64,000 bases of DNA. It comes from Eledone cirrhosa. Taxonomy: Eukaryota. Below the pieces are notes generated by a model. It made no database searches. It was given only the letters and a program-made list of their open reading frames with translations, and was not told where the DNA came from. Positions 28,711 to 42,750 of the stretch are shown here, piece after piece. The position numbers were made by a program, and so were the translations under genes. Numbering within the stretch: position 1 is the stretch's first letter; every line of letters begins with the position of its first letter. The stretch spans positions 364,622,001 to 364,686,000 of the forward strand of contig OZ024742.1 in assembly GCA_964016885.1 (NCBI GenBank), written 5' to 3'.

Positions 28711-31450
28711 TGTATATGGTTTGGTAATAGAGAATACCGGTGTTTGTTGTTGTAGACTGGATATGGTTTGGTAATAGAGAATACCGGTGTTTGTTGTAGT
28801 AGACTATATATGGTTTGGTAATAGAGAATACCTGTGTTTGTTGTTGTAGACTGTATATGGTTTGGTAATATAGAATACCGGTGTTTGTTGTTGTAGACTG
28901 TATATGGTTTGATAATAGAGAATACCGGTGTTTGTTGTTGTAGACTGTATATGGTTTGATAATAGAGAATACCGGTGTTTGTTGTTGTAGACTGTATATG
29001 GTTTGGTAATAGAGAATACCGGTGTTTGTTGTTGTAGACTGTATATGGTTTGATAATAGAGAATACCGGTGTTTGTTGTTGTAGACTGTATATGGTTTGA
29101 TAATAGAGAATACCGGTGTTTGTTGTTGTAGACTGTATATGGTTTGATAATAGAGAATACCGGTGTTTGTTGTTGTAGAGTGTATATGGTTTGGTAATAG
29201 AGAATACCGGTGTTTGTTGTTGTAGAGTGTATATGGTTTGGTAATAAAGAATACAGTTGTTTGTTGTTGTAGACTGTATATGGTTTGGTAATAGAGAATA
29301 CCGGTGTTTGTTGTTGTAGACTGTATATGGTTTGATAATAGAGAATACCGGTGTTTGTTGTTGTAGACTGTATATGGTTTGGTAATAAAGAATACAGTTG
29401 TTTGTTGTTGTAGACTGTATATGGTTTGGTAATAGAGAATACCGGTGTTTGTTGTTGTAGACTGTATATGGTTTGATAATAGAGAATACCGGTGTTTGTT
29501 GTTGTAGACTGTATATGGTTTGGTAATAAAGAATACAGTTGTTTGTTGTTGTAGACTGTATATGGTTTGGTAATAGAGAATACCGGTGTTTGTTGTTGTA
29601 GACTGTATATGGTTTGATAATAGAGAATACCGGTGTTTGTTGTTGTAGACTGTATATGGTTTGGTAATAAAGAATACAGTTGTTTGTTGTTGTAGACTGT
29701 ATATGGTTTGGTAATAGAGAATACCGGTGTTTGTTGTTGTAGACTGTATATGGTTTGGTAATAGAGAACACCGGTGTTTGTTGTTGTCGACTGTATATGG
29801 TTTGATAATAAAGAATACCGGTGTTTGTTGTTGTAGACTGTATATTGTTTGGTAATAGAGAATACCGGTGTTTGTTGTTGTAGACTGTATATGGTTTGAT
29901 AATAGAGAATACTGGTGTTTGTGTTTGTAGAGTGTATATGGTTTAGTAATAGAGAATACCGGTGTTTGTTGTTGTAGACTGTATATGGTTTGGTAATAGA
30001 GAATACCGGTGTTTGTTGTTGTAGACTGTATATGGTTTGGTAATAGAGAATACCGGTGTTTGTTGTTGTAGACTGTATATGGTTTGATAATAGAGAATAC
30101 CGGTGTTTGTTGTTGTAGAGTGTATATGGTTTGATAATAGAGAATACCGGTGTTTGTTGTTGTAGAGTGTATATGGTTTGATAATAGAAAATACCGGTGT
30201 TTGTTGTTGTAGAGTGTATATGGTTTGGTAATAGAAAATACCGGTGTTTGTTGTTGTAGAGTGTATATGGTTTGGTAATAGAGAATACCGGTGTTTGTTG
30301 TTGTAGAGTGTATATGGTTTGGTAATAGAGAATACCGGTGTTTGTTGTTGTAGAGTGTATATGGTTTGGTAATAGAGAATACCGGTGTTTGTTATTGTAG
30401 ACTGTATATGGTTTGGTAATAGAGAATACCGGTGTTTGTTGTTGTAGACTGTATATGGTTTGATAATAGAAAATACCGGTGTTTGTTGTTGTAGACTGTA
30501 TATGGTTTGATAATAGAGAATACCGGTGTTTGTTGTAGTAGACTGTATATGGTTTGGTAATAGAGAATACCGGTGTTTGTTATTGTAGACTGTATATGGT
30601 TTGGTAATAGAGAATACCGGTGTTTGTTGTTGTAGACTGTATATGGTTTGATAATAGAGAATACCGGTGTTTGTTGTTGTAGACTGTATATGATTTGGTA
30701 ATAGAGAATATCGGTGTTTGTTGTTGTAGACAGTATATGGTTTGATAATAGAGAATACCGGTGTTTGTTGTTGTCGAGTGTATATGGTTTGATAATAGAG
30801 AATACCGGTGTTTGTTGTTGTAGAGTGTATATGGTTTGATAATAGAGAATACCGGTGTTTGTTGTTGTAGAGTGTATATGGGTTGATAATAGAGAATACC
30901 GGTGTTTGTCGTTGTAGACTGTATATGGTTTGGTAATAGAGAATACCGGTGTTTGTTGTAGTAGACTGTATATGGTTTGGTAATAGAGAATACCGGTGTT
31001 TGTTGTTGTAGACTGTATATGGTTTGGTAATAGAGAATACCGGTGTTTGTTGTAGTAGGCTGTATATGGTTTGGTAATAGAGAATACCGGTGTTTGTTGT
31101 TGTAGACTGTATATGGTTTGATAATAGAGAATACCGGTGTTTGTTGTAGTAGACTGTATATGGTTTGGTAATAGAGAATACCGGTGTTTGTTGTTGCAGA
31201 CTGTATATGGTTTGGTAATAGAGAATACCGGTGTTTGTTGTAGTAGGCTGTATATGGTTTGGTAATAGAGAATACAGGTGTTTGTTGTTGTAGACTGTAT
31301 ATGGTTTGATAATAGAGAATACCGGTGTTTGTTGTAGTAGACTGTATATAGTTTGGTAATAGAGAATACCGGTGTTTGTTGTTGTAGACTGTATATGGTT
31401 TGATAATAGAGAATACCGGTGTTTGTTGTTGTAGAGTGTATATGGTTTGG
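26080..31450. repeat. Tandem duplication with period 2820 bp (60 monomers), also present in copy 2 of the large duplication
   Basis: ORF starts 26951/29771 and 45834/48654 differ by 2820. The trimer blocks start at 26405 and 29225. The second copy carries private variants (gtcga, tgattt, ttgcag). Confidence 0.85.
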
Positions 31451-34400
31451 TAATAGAGAATACCGGTGTTTGTTGTAGTAGATTGTATATGGTTTGGTAA
31501 TAGAGAATACCGGTGTTTGTTGTTGTAGAGTGTATATGGTTTGGTAATAGAGAATACCGGTGTTTGTTGTTGTAGACTGTATATGGTTTGGTAATAGAGA
31601 ATACCGGTGTTTGTTGTTGTAGACTGTATATGGTTTGGTAATAGAGAATACCGGTGTTTGTTGTTGTAGACTGTATATGGTTTGGTAATAGAGAATACCG
31701 GTGTTTGTTGTAGTAGACTATATATGGTTTGGTAATAGAGAATACCGGTGTTTGTTGTTGTAGACTGTATATGGTTTGGTAACAGAGAATACCGGTGATT
31801 GTTGTAGTAGACTGTATATGGTTTGGTAATAGAGAATACCGGTGTTTGTTGTTGTAGACTGGATATGGTTTGGTAATAGAGAATACCGGTGTTTGTTGTA
31901 GTAGACTATATATGGTTTGGTAATAGAGAATACCGGTGTTTGTTGTTGTAGACTGTATATGGTTTGGTAATAGAGAATACCGGTGTTTGTTGTTGTAGAC
32001 TGTATATGGTTTGGTAATAGAGAATACCGGTGTTTGTTGTAGTAGACTATATATGGTTTGGTAATAGAGAATACCGGTGTTTGTTGTTGTAGACTGTATA
32101 TGGTTTGGTAATAGAGAATACCGGTGTTTGTTGTTGTAGACTGTATATGGTTTGGTAATAGAGAATACCGGTGTTTGTTGTTGTAGACTGTATATGGTTG
32201 GGTCATAGAGAATACCGGTGTTTGTTGTTGTAGACTGTATATGGTTGGGTAATAGAGAATACCGGTTTTTGTTGTTGTAGAGTGTATATGGTTTGGTAAT
32301 AGAGAATACCGGTGTTTGTTGTTGTAGACTGTATATGGTTTGGTAATAGAGAATACCGGTGTTTGTTGTTGTAGACTATATATTGTTTGGTAATAGAGAA
32401 TACCGGTGTTTGTTGTTGTAGACTGTATATGGTTTGGTAATAGAGAATACCGGTGTTTGTTGTAGTAGACTGTATATGGTTTGGTAATAGAGAATACCGG
32501 TGTTTGTTGTTGTAGACTGTATATGGTTTGGTAATAGAGAATACCGGTGTTTGTTGTTGTAGACTGTATATGGTTTGGTAATAGAGAATACCGGTGTTTG
32601 TTGTAGTAGACTGTATATGGTTTGGTAATAGAGAATACCGGTGTTTGTTGTTGTAGACTGTATATGGTTGGGTAATAGAGAATACCGGTGTTTGTTGTTG
32701 TAGAGTGTATATGGTTTGGTAATAGAGAATACCGGTGTTTGTTGTTGTAGACTATATATTGTTTGGTAATAGAGAATACCGGTGTTTGTTGATGTAGACT
32801 GTATATGGTTTGGTAATAGAGAATACCGGTGTTTGTTGTTGTAGACTGTATATGGTTTGGTAATAGAGAATACCGGTGTTTGTTGTAGTAGACTGTATAT
32901 GGTTTGGTAATAGAGAATACCGGTGTTTGTTGTTGTAGACAGTATATGGTTTGATAATAGAGAATACCGGTGTTTGTTGTTGTAGAGTGTATATGGTTTG
33001 ATAATAGAGAATACCGGTGTTTGTTGTTGTAGAGTGTATATGGTTTGATAATAGAGAATACCGGTGTTTGTTGTTGTAGAGTGTATATGGTTTGATAATA
33101 GAGAATACCGGTGTTTGTCGTTGTAGACTGTATATGGTTTGGTAATAGAGAATACCGGTGTTTGTTTTAGTAGACTGTATATGGTTTGGTAATAGAGAAT
33201 ACCGGTGTTTGTTGTTGTAGACTGTATATGGTTTGGTAATAGAGAATACCGGTGTTTGTTGTAGTAGACTGTATATGGTTTGGTAATAGAGAATACCGGT
33301 GTTTGTTGTTGTAGACTGTATATGGTTTGATAATAGAGAATACCGGTGTTTGTTGTTGTAGAGTGTATATGGTTTGGTAATAGAGAATACCGGTGTTTGT
33401 TGTAGTAGATTGTATATGGTTTGGTAATAGAGAATACCGGTGTTTGTTGTTGTAGAGTGTATATGGTTTGGTAATAGAGAATACCGGTGTTTGTTGTTGT
33501 AGACTGTATATGGTTTGGTAATAGAGAATACCGGTGTTTGTTGTTGTAGACTGTATATGGTTTGGTAATAGAGAATACCGGTGTTTGTTGTTGTAGACTG
33601 TATATGGTTTGGTAATAGAGAATACCGGTGTTTGTTGTAGTAGACTATATATGGTTTGGTAATAGAGAATACCGGTGTTTGTTGTTGTAGACTGTATATG
33701 GTTTGGTAATAGAGAATACCGGTGTTTGTTGTAGTAGACTGTATATGGTTTGGTAATAGAGAATACCGGTGTTTGTTGTTGTAGACTGGATATGGTTTGG
33801 TAATAGAGAATACCGGTGTTTGTTGTTGTAGAGTGTATATGGTTTGGTAATAGAGAATGCCGGTGTTTGTTGTTGTAGACTGTATATGGTTTGGTAATAG
33901 AGAATACCGGTGTTTGTTGTTGTAGACTGTATATGGTTTGGTAATAGAGAATACCGGTGTTTGTTGTAGTAGACTATATATGGTTTGGTAATAGCGAATA
34001 CCGGTGTTTGTTGTTGTAGACTGTATATGGTTTGGTAATAGAGAATACCGGTGTTTGTCGTTGTAGACTGTATATGGTTTGGTAATAGAGAATACCGGTG
34101 TTTGTTGTTGTAGACTGTATATAGTTGGGTAATAGAGAATACCGGTGTTTGTTGTTTTAGACTGTATATGGTTGGGTAATAGAGAATACCGGTTTTTGTT
34201 GTTGTAGAGTGTATATGGTTTGGTAATAGAGAATACCGGTGTTTGTTGTTGTAGACTGTATATGGTTTGGTAATAGAGAATACCGGTGTTTGTTGTTGTA
34301 GACTATATATTGTTTGGTAATAGAGAATACCGGTGTTTGTTGTTGTAGACTGTATATGGTTTGGTAATAGAGAATACCGGTGTTTGTTGTAGTAGACTGT

Positions 34401-37400
34401 ATATGGTTTGGTAATAGAGAATACCGGTGTTTGTTGTTGTAGACTGTATATGGTTTGGTAATAGAGAATACCGGTGTTTGTTGTTGTAGACTGTATATGG
34501 TTTGGTAATAGAGAATACCGGTGTTTGTTGTAGTAGACTGTATATGGTTTGGTAATAGAGAATACCGGTGTTTGTTGTTGTAGACTGTATATGGTTGGGT
34601 AATAGAGAATACCGGTGTTTGTTGTTGTAGTGTGTATATGGTTTGGTAATAGAGAATACCGGTGTTTGTTGTAGTGTGTATATGGTTTGGTAATAGAGAA
34701 TACCGGTGTTGGTTGTTGTAGACTATATATTGTTTGGTAATAGAGAATACCGGTGTTTGTTGTTGTAGACTGTATATGGTTTGGTAATAGAGAATACCGG
34801 TGTTTGTTGTTGTAGACTGTATATGGTTTGGTAATAGAGAATACCGGTGTTTGTTGTAGTAGACTGTATATGGTCTGGTAATAGAGAATACCGGTGTTTG
34901 TTGTTGTAGACTGTATATGGTTGGGTAATAGAGAATACCGGTGTTTGTTGTTGTAGAGTGTATATGGTTTGGTAATAGAGAATACCGGTGTTTGTTGTTG
35001 TAGATTGTATATGGTTTGGTAATAGAGAATACCGTTGTTTGTTGTTGTAGACTGTATATGGTTTGGTAATAGAGAATACCGGTGTTTGTTGTTGTAGACT
35101 GTATATGGTTTGATAATAGAGAATACCGGTGTTTGTTGTTGTAGACTGTATATGGTTTGGTAATAGAGAATACCGGTGTTTGTTGTAGTAGACTGTATAT
35201 GGTTTGGTAATAGAGAATACCGGTGTTTGTTGTTGTAGAGTGTATATGGTTTGGTAATAGAGAATACCGGTGTTTGTTGTTGTAGACTATATATTGTTTG
35301 GTAATAGAGAATACCGGTGTTTGTTGTTGTAGAGTGTATATGGTTTGATAATAGAGAATACCGGTGTTTGTTGTTGTAGACTGTATATGGTTTGGTAATA
35401 GAGAATACCGGTGTGTGTTGTAGTAGACTGTATATGGTTTGGTAATAGAGAATACCGGTGTTTGTTGTTGTAGAGTGTATATGGTTTGATAATAGAGAAC
35501 ACCGGTGTTTGTTGTTGTAGACTGTATATGGTTTGATAATAGAGAACACCGGTGTTTGTTGTTGTAGAGTGTATATGGTTGGGTAATAGAGAATACCGGT
35601 GTTTGTTGTTGTAGACTGTATATGGTTTGGTAATAGAGAATACCGGTGTTTGTTGTAGTAGACTGTATATGGTTTGGTAATAGAGAATACCGGTGTTTGT
35701 TGTTGTAGACTGTATATGGTTGGGTAATAGAGAATACCGGTGTTTGTTGTTGTAGAGTGTATATGGTTTGGTAATAGAGAATACCGGTGTTTGTTGTTGT
35801 AGACTATATATTGTTTGGTAATAGAGAATACCGGTGTTTGTTGATGTAGACTGTATATGGTTTGGTAATAGAGAATACCGGTGTTTGTTGTTGTAGACTG
35901 TATATGGTTTGGTAATAGAGAATACCGGTGTTTGTTGTAGTAGACTGTATATGGTTTGGCAATAGAGAATACCGGTGTTTGTTGTTGTAGACAGTATATG
36001 GTTTGATAATAGAGAATACCGGTGTTTGTTGTTGTAGAGTGTATATGGTTTGATAATAGAGAATACCGGTGTTTGTTGTTGTAGAGTGTATATGGTTTGA
36101 TAATAGAGAATACCGGTGTTTGTTGTTGTAGAGTGTATATGGTTTGATAATAGAGAATACCGGTGTTTGTCGTTGTAGACTGTATATGGTTTGGTAATAG
36201 AGAATACCGGTGTTTGTTGTAGTAGACTGTATATGGTTTGGTAATAGAGAATACCGGTGTTTGTTGTTGTAGACTGTATATGGTTTGGTAATAGAGAATA
36301 CCGGTGTTTGTTGTAGTAGACTGTATATGGTTTGGTAATAGAGAATACCGGTGTTTGTTGTTGTAGACTGTATATGGTTTGATAATAGAGAATACCGGTG
36401 TTTGTTGTTGTAGAGTGTATATGGTTTGGTAATATAGAATACCGGTGTTTGTTGTAGTAGATTGTATATGGTTTGGTAATAGAGAATACCGGTGTTTGTT
36501 GTTGTAGAGTGTATATGGTTTGGTAATAGAGAATACCGGTGTTTGTTGTTGTAGACTGTATATGGTTTGGTAATAGAGAATACCGGTGTTTGTTGTTGTA
36601 GACTGTATATGGTTTGGTAATAGAGAATACCGGTGTTTGTTGTTGTAGACTGTATATGGTTTGGTAATAGAGAATACCGGTGTTTGTTGTAGTAGACTAT
36701 ATATGGTTTGGTAATAGAGAATACCGGTGTTTGTTGTTGTAGACTGTATATGGTTTGGTAATAGAGAATACCGGTGTTTGTTGTAGTAGACTGTATATGG
36801 TTTGGTAATAGAGAATACCGGTGTTTGTTGTTGTAGACTGGATATGGTTTGGTAATAGAGAATACCGGTGTTTGTTGTAGTAGACTATATATGGTTTGGT
36901 AATAGAGAATACCGGTGTTTGTTGTTGTAGACTGTATATGGTTTGGTAATAGAGAATACCGGTGTTTGTTGTTGTAGACTGTATATGGTTTGGTAATAGA
37001 GAATACCGGTGTTTGTTGTAGTAGACTATATATGGTTTGGTAATAGAGAATACAGGTGTTTGTTGTTGTAGACTGTATATGGTTTGGTAATAGAGAATAC
37101 CGGTGTTTGTTGTTGTAGACTGTATATGGTTTGGTAATAGAGAATACCGGTGTTTGTTGTTGTAGACTGTATATGGTTGGGTAATAGAGAATACCGGTCT
37201 TTGTTGTTGTAGACTGTATATGGTTGGGTAATAGAGAATACCGGTTTTTGTTGTTGTAGAGTGTATATGGTTTGGTAATAGAGAATACCGGTGTTTGTTG
37301 TTGTAGACTGTATATGGTTTGGTAATAGAGAATACCGGTGTTTGTTGTTGCAGACTATATATTGTTTGGTAATAGAGAATACCGGTGTTTGTTGTTGTAG

Positions 37401-39649
37401 ACTGTATATGGTTTGGTAATAGAGAATACCGGTGTTTGTTGTAGTAGACTGTATATGGTTTGGTAATAGAGAATACCGGTGTTTGTTGTTGTAGACTGTA
37501 TATGGTTTGGTAATAGAGAATACCGGTGTTTGTTGTTGTAGACTGTATATGGTTTGGTAATAGAGAATACCGGTGTTTGTTGTAGTAGACTGTATATGGT
37601 TTGGTAATAGAGAATACCGGTGTTTGTTGTTGTAGACTGTATATGGTTGGGTAATAGAGAATACCGGTGTTTGTTGTTGTAGAGTGTATATGGTTTGGTA
37701 ATAGAGAATACCGGTGTTTGTTGTTGTAGACTATATATTGTTTGGTAATAGAGAATACCGGTGTTTGTTGTTGTAGACTGTATATGGTTTGGTAATAGAG
37801 AATACCGGTGTTTGTTGTTGTAGACTGTATATGGTTTGGTAATAGAGAATACCGGTGTTTGTTGTAGTAGACTGTATATGGTTTGGTAATAGAGAATACC
37901 GGTGTTTGTTGTTGTAGACTATATATGGTTGGGTAATAGAGAATACCGGTGTTTGTTGTTGTAGAGTGTATATGGTTTGGTAATAGAGAATACCGGTGTT
38001 TGTTGTTGTAGACTATATATTGTTTGGTAATAGAGAATACCGGTGTTTGTTGTTGTAGATTGTATATGGTTTGGTAATAGAGAATACCGTTGTTTGTTGT
38101 TGTAGACTGTATATGGTTTGGTAATAGAGAATACCGGTGTTTGTTGTTGTAGACTGTATATGGTTTGATAATAGAGAATACCGTTGTTTGTTGTTGTAGA
38201 CTGTATATGGTTTGGTAATAGAGAATACCGGTGTTTGTTGTAGTAGACTGTATATGGTTTGGTAATAGAGAATACCGGTGTTTGTTGTTGTAGAGTGTAT
38301 ATGGTTTGGTAATAGAGAATACCGGTGTTTGTTGTTGTAGACTATATATTGTATGGTAATAGAGAATACCGGTGTTTGTTGTTGTAGAGTGTATATGGTT
38401 TGATAATAGAGAATACCGGTGTTTGTTGTTGTAGACTGTATATGGTTTGGTAATAGAGAATACCGGTGTTTATTGTAGTAGACTGTATATGGTTTGGTAA
38501 TAGAGAATACCGGTGTTTGTTGTTGTAGAGTGTATATGGTTTGATAATAGAGAACACCGGTGTTTGTTGTTGTAGACTGTATATGGTTTGATAATAGAGA
38601 ACACCGGTGTTTGTTGTTGTAGAGTGTATATGGTTGGGTAATAGAGAATACCGGTGTTTGTTGTTGTAGACTGTATATGGTTTGGTAATAGAGAATACCG
38701 GTGTTTGTTGTTGTAGACTGTATATGGTTTGATAATAGAGAATACCGGTGTTTGTTGTTGTAGACTATATGGTTTGATAATAGAGAACACCGGTGTTTGT
38801 TGTTGTAGACTGTATATGGTTTGGTAATAGAGAATACCGGTGTTTGTTGTTTTAGACTGTATATGGATTGGTAATAGAGAACACCGGTGTTTGTTGTTGT
38901 AGAGTGTATATGGTTTGATAATAGAGAATACCGGTGTTTGTTGTTGTAGAGTGTATATTGTTTGGTAATAGAGAATACCGGTGTTTGTTGTTGTAGACTG
39001 TATATGGTTTGGTAATAGAGAATACCGGTGTTTGTTGTTGTAGACTGTATATGGTTTGGTAATAGAGAATACCGGTGTTTGTTGTTGTAGAGTGTATATG
39101 GTTTGGTAATAGAGAATACCGGTGTTTGTTGTTGTAGACTGTATATGGTTTGGTAATAGAGAATACCGGTGTTTGTTGTTGTAGACTGTATATGGTTTGA
39201 TAATAGAGAATACCGGTGTTTGTTGTTGTAGACTGTATATGGTTTGGTAATAGAGAATACCGGTGTTTGTTGTAGTAGACTGTATATGGTTTGGTAATAG
39301 AGAATACCGGTGTTTGTTGTTGTAGAGTGTATATGGTTTGGTAATAGAGAATACCGGTGTTTGTTGTTGTAGAGTGTATATGGTTTGATAATAGAGAATA
39401 CCGGTGTTTGTTGTTGTAGACTGTATATGGTTTGGTAATAGAGAATACCGGTGTTTGATGTAGTAGACTGTATATGGTTTGGTAATAGAGAATACCGGTG
39501 TTTGTTGTTGTAGAGTGTATATGGTTTGATAATAGAGAACACCGGTGTTTGTTGTTGTAGAGTGTATATGGTTGGGTAATAGAGAATACCGGTGTTTGTT
39601 GTTGTAGACTGTATATGGTTTGGTAATAGAGAATACCGGTGTTTGTTGT

Positions 39650-42600
39650 TGTAGACTGTATATGGTTTGATAATAGAGAATACCGGTGTTTGTTGTTGTA
39701 GACTATATGGTTTGATAATAGAGAACACCGGTGTTTCTTGTTGTAGACTGTATATGGTTTGGTAATAGAGAATACCGGTGTTTGTTGTTTTAGACTGTAT
39801 ATGGATTGGTAATAGAAAACACCGGTGTTTGTTGTTGTAGAGTGTATATGGTTTGGTAATAGAGAATACCGGTGTTTGTTGTTGTAGACTGTATATGGTT
39901 TGGTAATAGAGAATACCGGTGTTTGTTGTTGTAGACTGTATATGGTTTGGTAATAGAGAATACCGGTGTTTGTTGTTGTAGAGTGTATATGGTTTGGTAA
40001 TAGAGAATACCGGTGTTTGTTGTAGTAGACTGTATATGGTTTGGTAATAGAGAATACCGGTGTTTGTTGTTGTAGAGTGTATATGGTTTGGTAATAGAGA
40101 ATACCGGTGTTTGTTGTTGTAGATTGTATGTGGTTTGATAATAGAGAATACCGGTGTTTGTTGTTGTAGACTGGTTATTGTTGGGTAATAGAGAATGCCG
40201 GTGTTTGTTGTTGTAGAGTGTATATGGTTTGGTAATAGAGAATACCGGTGTTTGTTGTAGTAGGCTGTATATGGTTTGGTAATAGAGAATACCGGTGTTT
40301 GTTGTTGTAGACTGTATATGGTTTGGTAATAGAGAATACCGGTGTTTGTTGTTGTAGACTGTATATGGTTTGGTAATAGAGAATACCGGTGTTTGTTGTA
40401 GTAGACTGTATATGGTTTGGTAATAGAGAATACCGGTGTTTGTTGTTGTAGACTGGATATGGTTTGGTAATAGAGAATACCGGTGTTTGTTGTAGTAGAC
40501 TATATATGGTTTGGTAATAGAGAATACCGGTGTTTGTTGTTGTAGACTGTATATGGTTTGGTAATAGAGAATACCGGTGTTTGTTGTTGTAGACTGTATA
40601 TGGTTTGGTAATAGAGAATACCGGTGTTTGTTGTAGTAGACTATATATGGTTTGGTAATAGAGAATACCGGTGTTTGTTGTTGTAGACTGTATATGGTTT
40701 GGTAATAGAGAATACCGGTGTTTGTTGTTGTAGACTGTATATGGTTTGGTAATAGAGAATACCGGTGTTTGTTGTTGTAGACTGTATATGGTTGGGTAAT
40801 AGAGAATACCGGTGTTTGTTGTTGTAGACTGTATATGGTTGGGTAATAGAGAATACCGGTTTTTGTTGTTGTAGAGTGTATATGGTTTGGTAATAGAGAA
40901 TACCGGTGTTTGTTGTTGTAGACTGTATATGGTTTGGTAATAGAGAATACCGGTGTTTGTTGTTGTAGACTATATATTGTTTGGTAATAGAGAATACCGG
41001 TGTTTGTTGTTGTAGACTGTATATGGTTTGGTAATAGAGAATACCGGTGTTTGTTGTAGTAGACTGTATATGGTTTGGTAATAGAGAATACCGGTGTTTT
41101 TTGTTGTAGACTGTATATGGTTTGGTAATAGAGAATACCGGTGTTTGTTGTTGTAGACTGTATATGGTTTGGTAATAGAGAATACCGGTGTTTGTTGTAG
41201 TAGACTGTATATGGTTTGGTAATAGAGAATACCGGTGTTTGTTGTTGTAGACTATATGGTTTGATAATAGAGAACACCGGTGTTTGTTGTTGTAGACTGT
41301 ATATGGTTTGGTAATAGAGAATACCGGTGTTTGTTGTTTTAGACTGTATATGGATTGGTAATAGAAAACACCGGTGTTTGTTGTTGTAGAGTGTATATGG
41401 TTTGGTAATAGAGAATACCGGTGTTTGTTGTTGTAGACTGTATATGGTTTGGTAATAGAGAATACCGGTGTTTGTTGTTGTAGACTGTATATGGTTTGGT
41501 AATAGAGAATACCGGTGTTTGTTGTTGTAGAGTGTATATGGTTTGGTAATAGAGAATACCGGTGTTTGTTGTAGTAGACTGTATATGGTTTGGTAATAGA
41601 GAATACCGGTGTTTGTTGTTGTAGAGTGTATATGGTTTGGTAATAGAGAATACCGGTGTTTGTTGTTGTAGATTGTATGTGGTTTGATAATAGAGAATAC
41701 CGGTGTTTGTTGTTGTAGACTGGTTATTGTTGGGTAATAGAGAATGCCGGTGTTTGTTGTTGTAGAGTGTATATGGTTTGGTAATAGAGAATACCGGTGT
41801 TTGTTGTAGTAGGCTGTATATGGTTTGGTAATAGAGAATACCGGTGTTTGTTGTTGTAGACTGTATATGGTTTGGTAATAGAGAATACCGGTGTTTGTTG
41901 TTGTAGACTGTATATGGTTTGGTAATAGAGAATACCGGTGTTTGTTGTAGTAGACTGTATATGGTTTGGTAATAGAGAATACCGGTGTTTGTTGTTGTAG
42001 ACTGGATATGGTTTGGTAATAGAGAATACCGGTGTTTGTTGTAGTAGACTATATATGGTTTGGTAATAGAGAATACCGGTGTTTGTTGTTGTAGACTGTA
42101 TATGGTTTGGTAATAGAGAATACCGGTGTTTGTTGTTGTAGACTGTATATGGTTTGGTAATAGAGAATACCGGTGTTTGTTGTAGTAGACTATATATGGT
42201 TTGGTAATAGAGAATACCGGTGTTTGTTGTTGTAGACTGTATATGGTTTGGTAATAGAGAATACCGGTGTTTGTTGTTGTAGACTGTATATGGTTTGGTA
42301 ATAGAGAATACCGGTGTTTGTTGTTGTAGACTGTATACGGTTGGGTAATAGAGAATACCGGTGTTTGTTGTTGTAGACTGTATATGGTTGGGTAATAGAG
42401 AATACCGGTTTTTGTTGTTGTAGAGTGTATATGGTTTGGTAATAGAGAATACCGGTGTTTGTTGTTGTAGACTGTATATGGTTTGGTAATAGAGAATACC
42501 GGTGTTTGTTGTTGTAGACTATATATTGTTTGGTAATAGAGAATACCGGTGTTTGTTGTTGTAGACTGTATATGGTTTGGTAATAGAGAATACCGGTGTT

Positions 42601-42750
42601 TGTTGTAGTAGACTGTATATGGTTTGGTAATAGAGAATACCGGTGTTTTTTGTTGTAGACTGTATATGGTTTGGTAATAGAGAATACCGGTGTTTGTTGT
42701 TGTAGACTGTATAAGGTTTGGTAATAGAGAATACCGGTGTTTGTTGTAGT
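39650..42750. repeat. Tandem duplication with period 1549 bp (33 monomers minus 2 bp)
   Basis: The ggattggtaatagaaaacacc monomer recurs at 39792/41341, the gactggttattgttggg monomer near 40169/41718, and the 45-bp monomer at 39701/41250. Confidence 0.88.
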
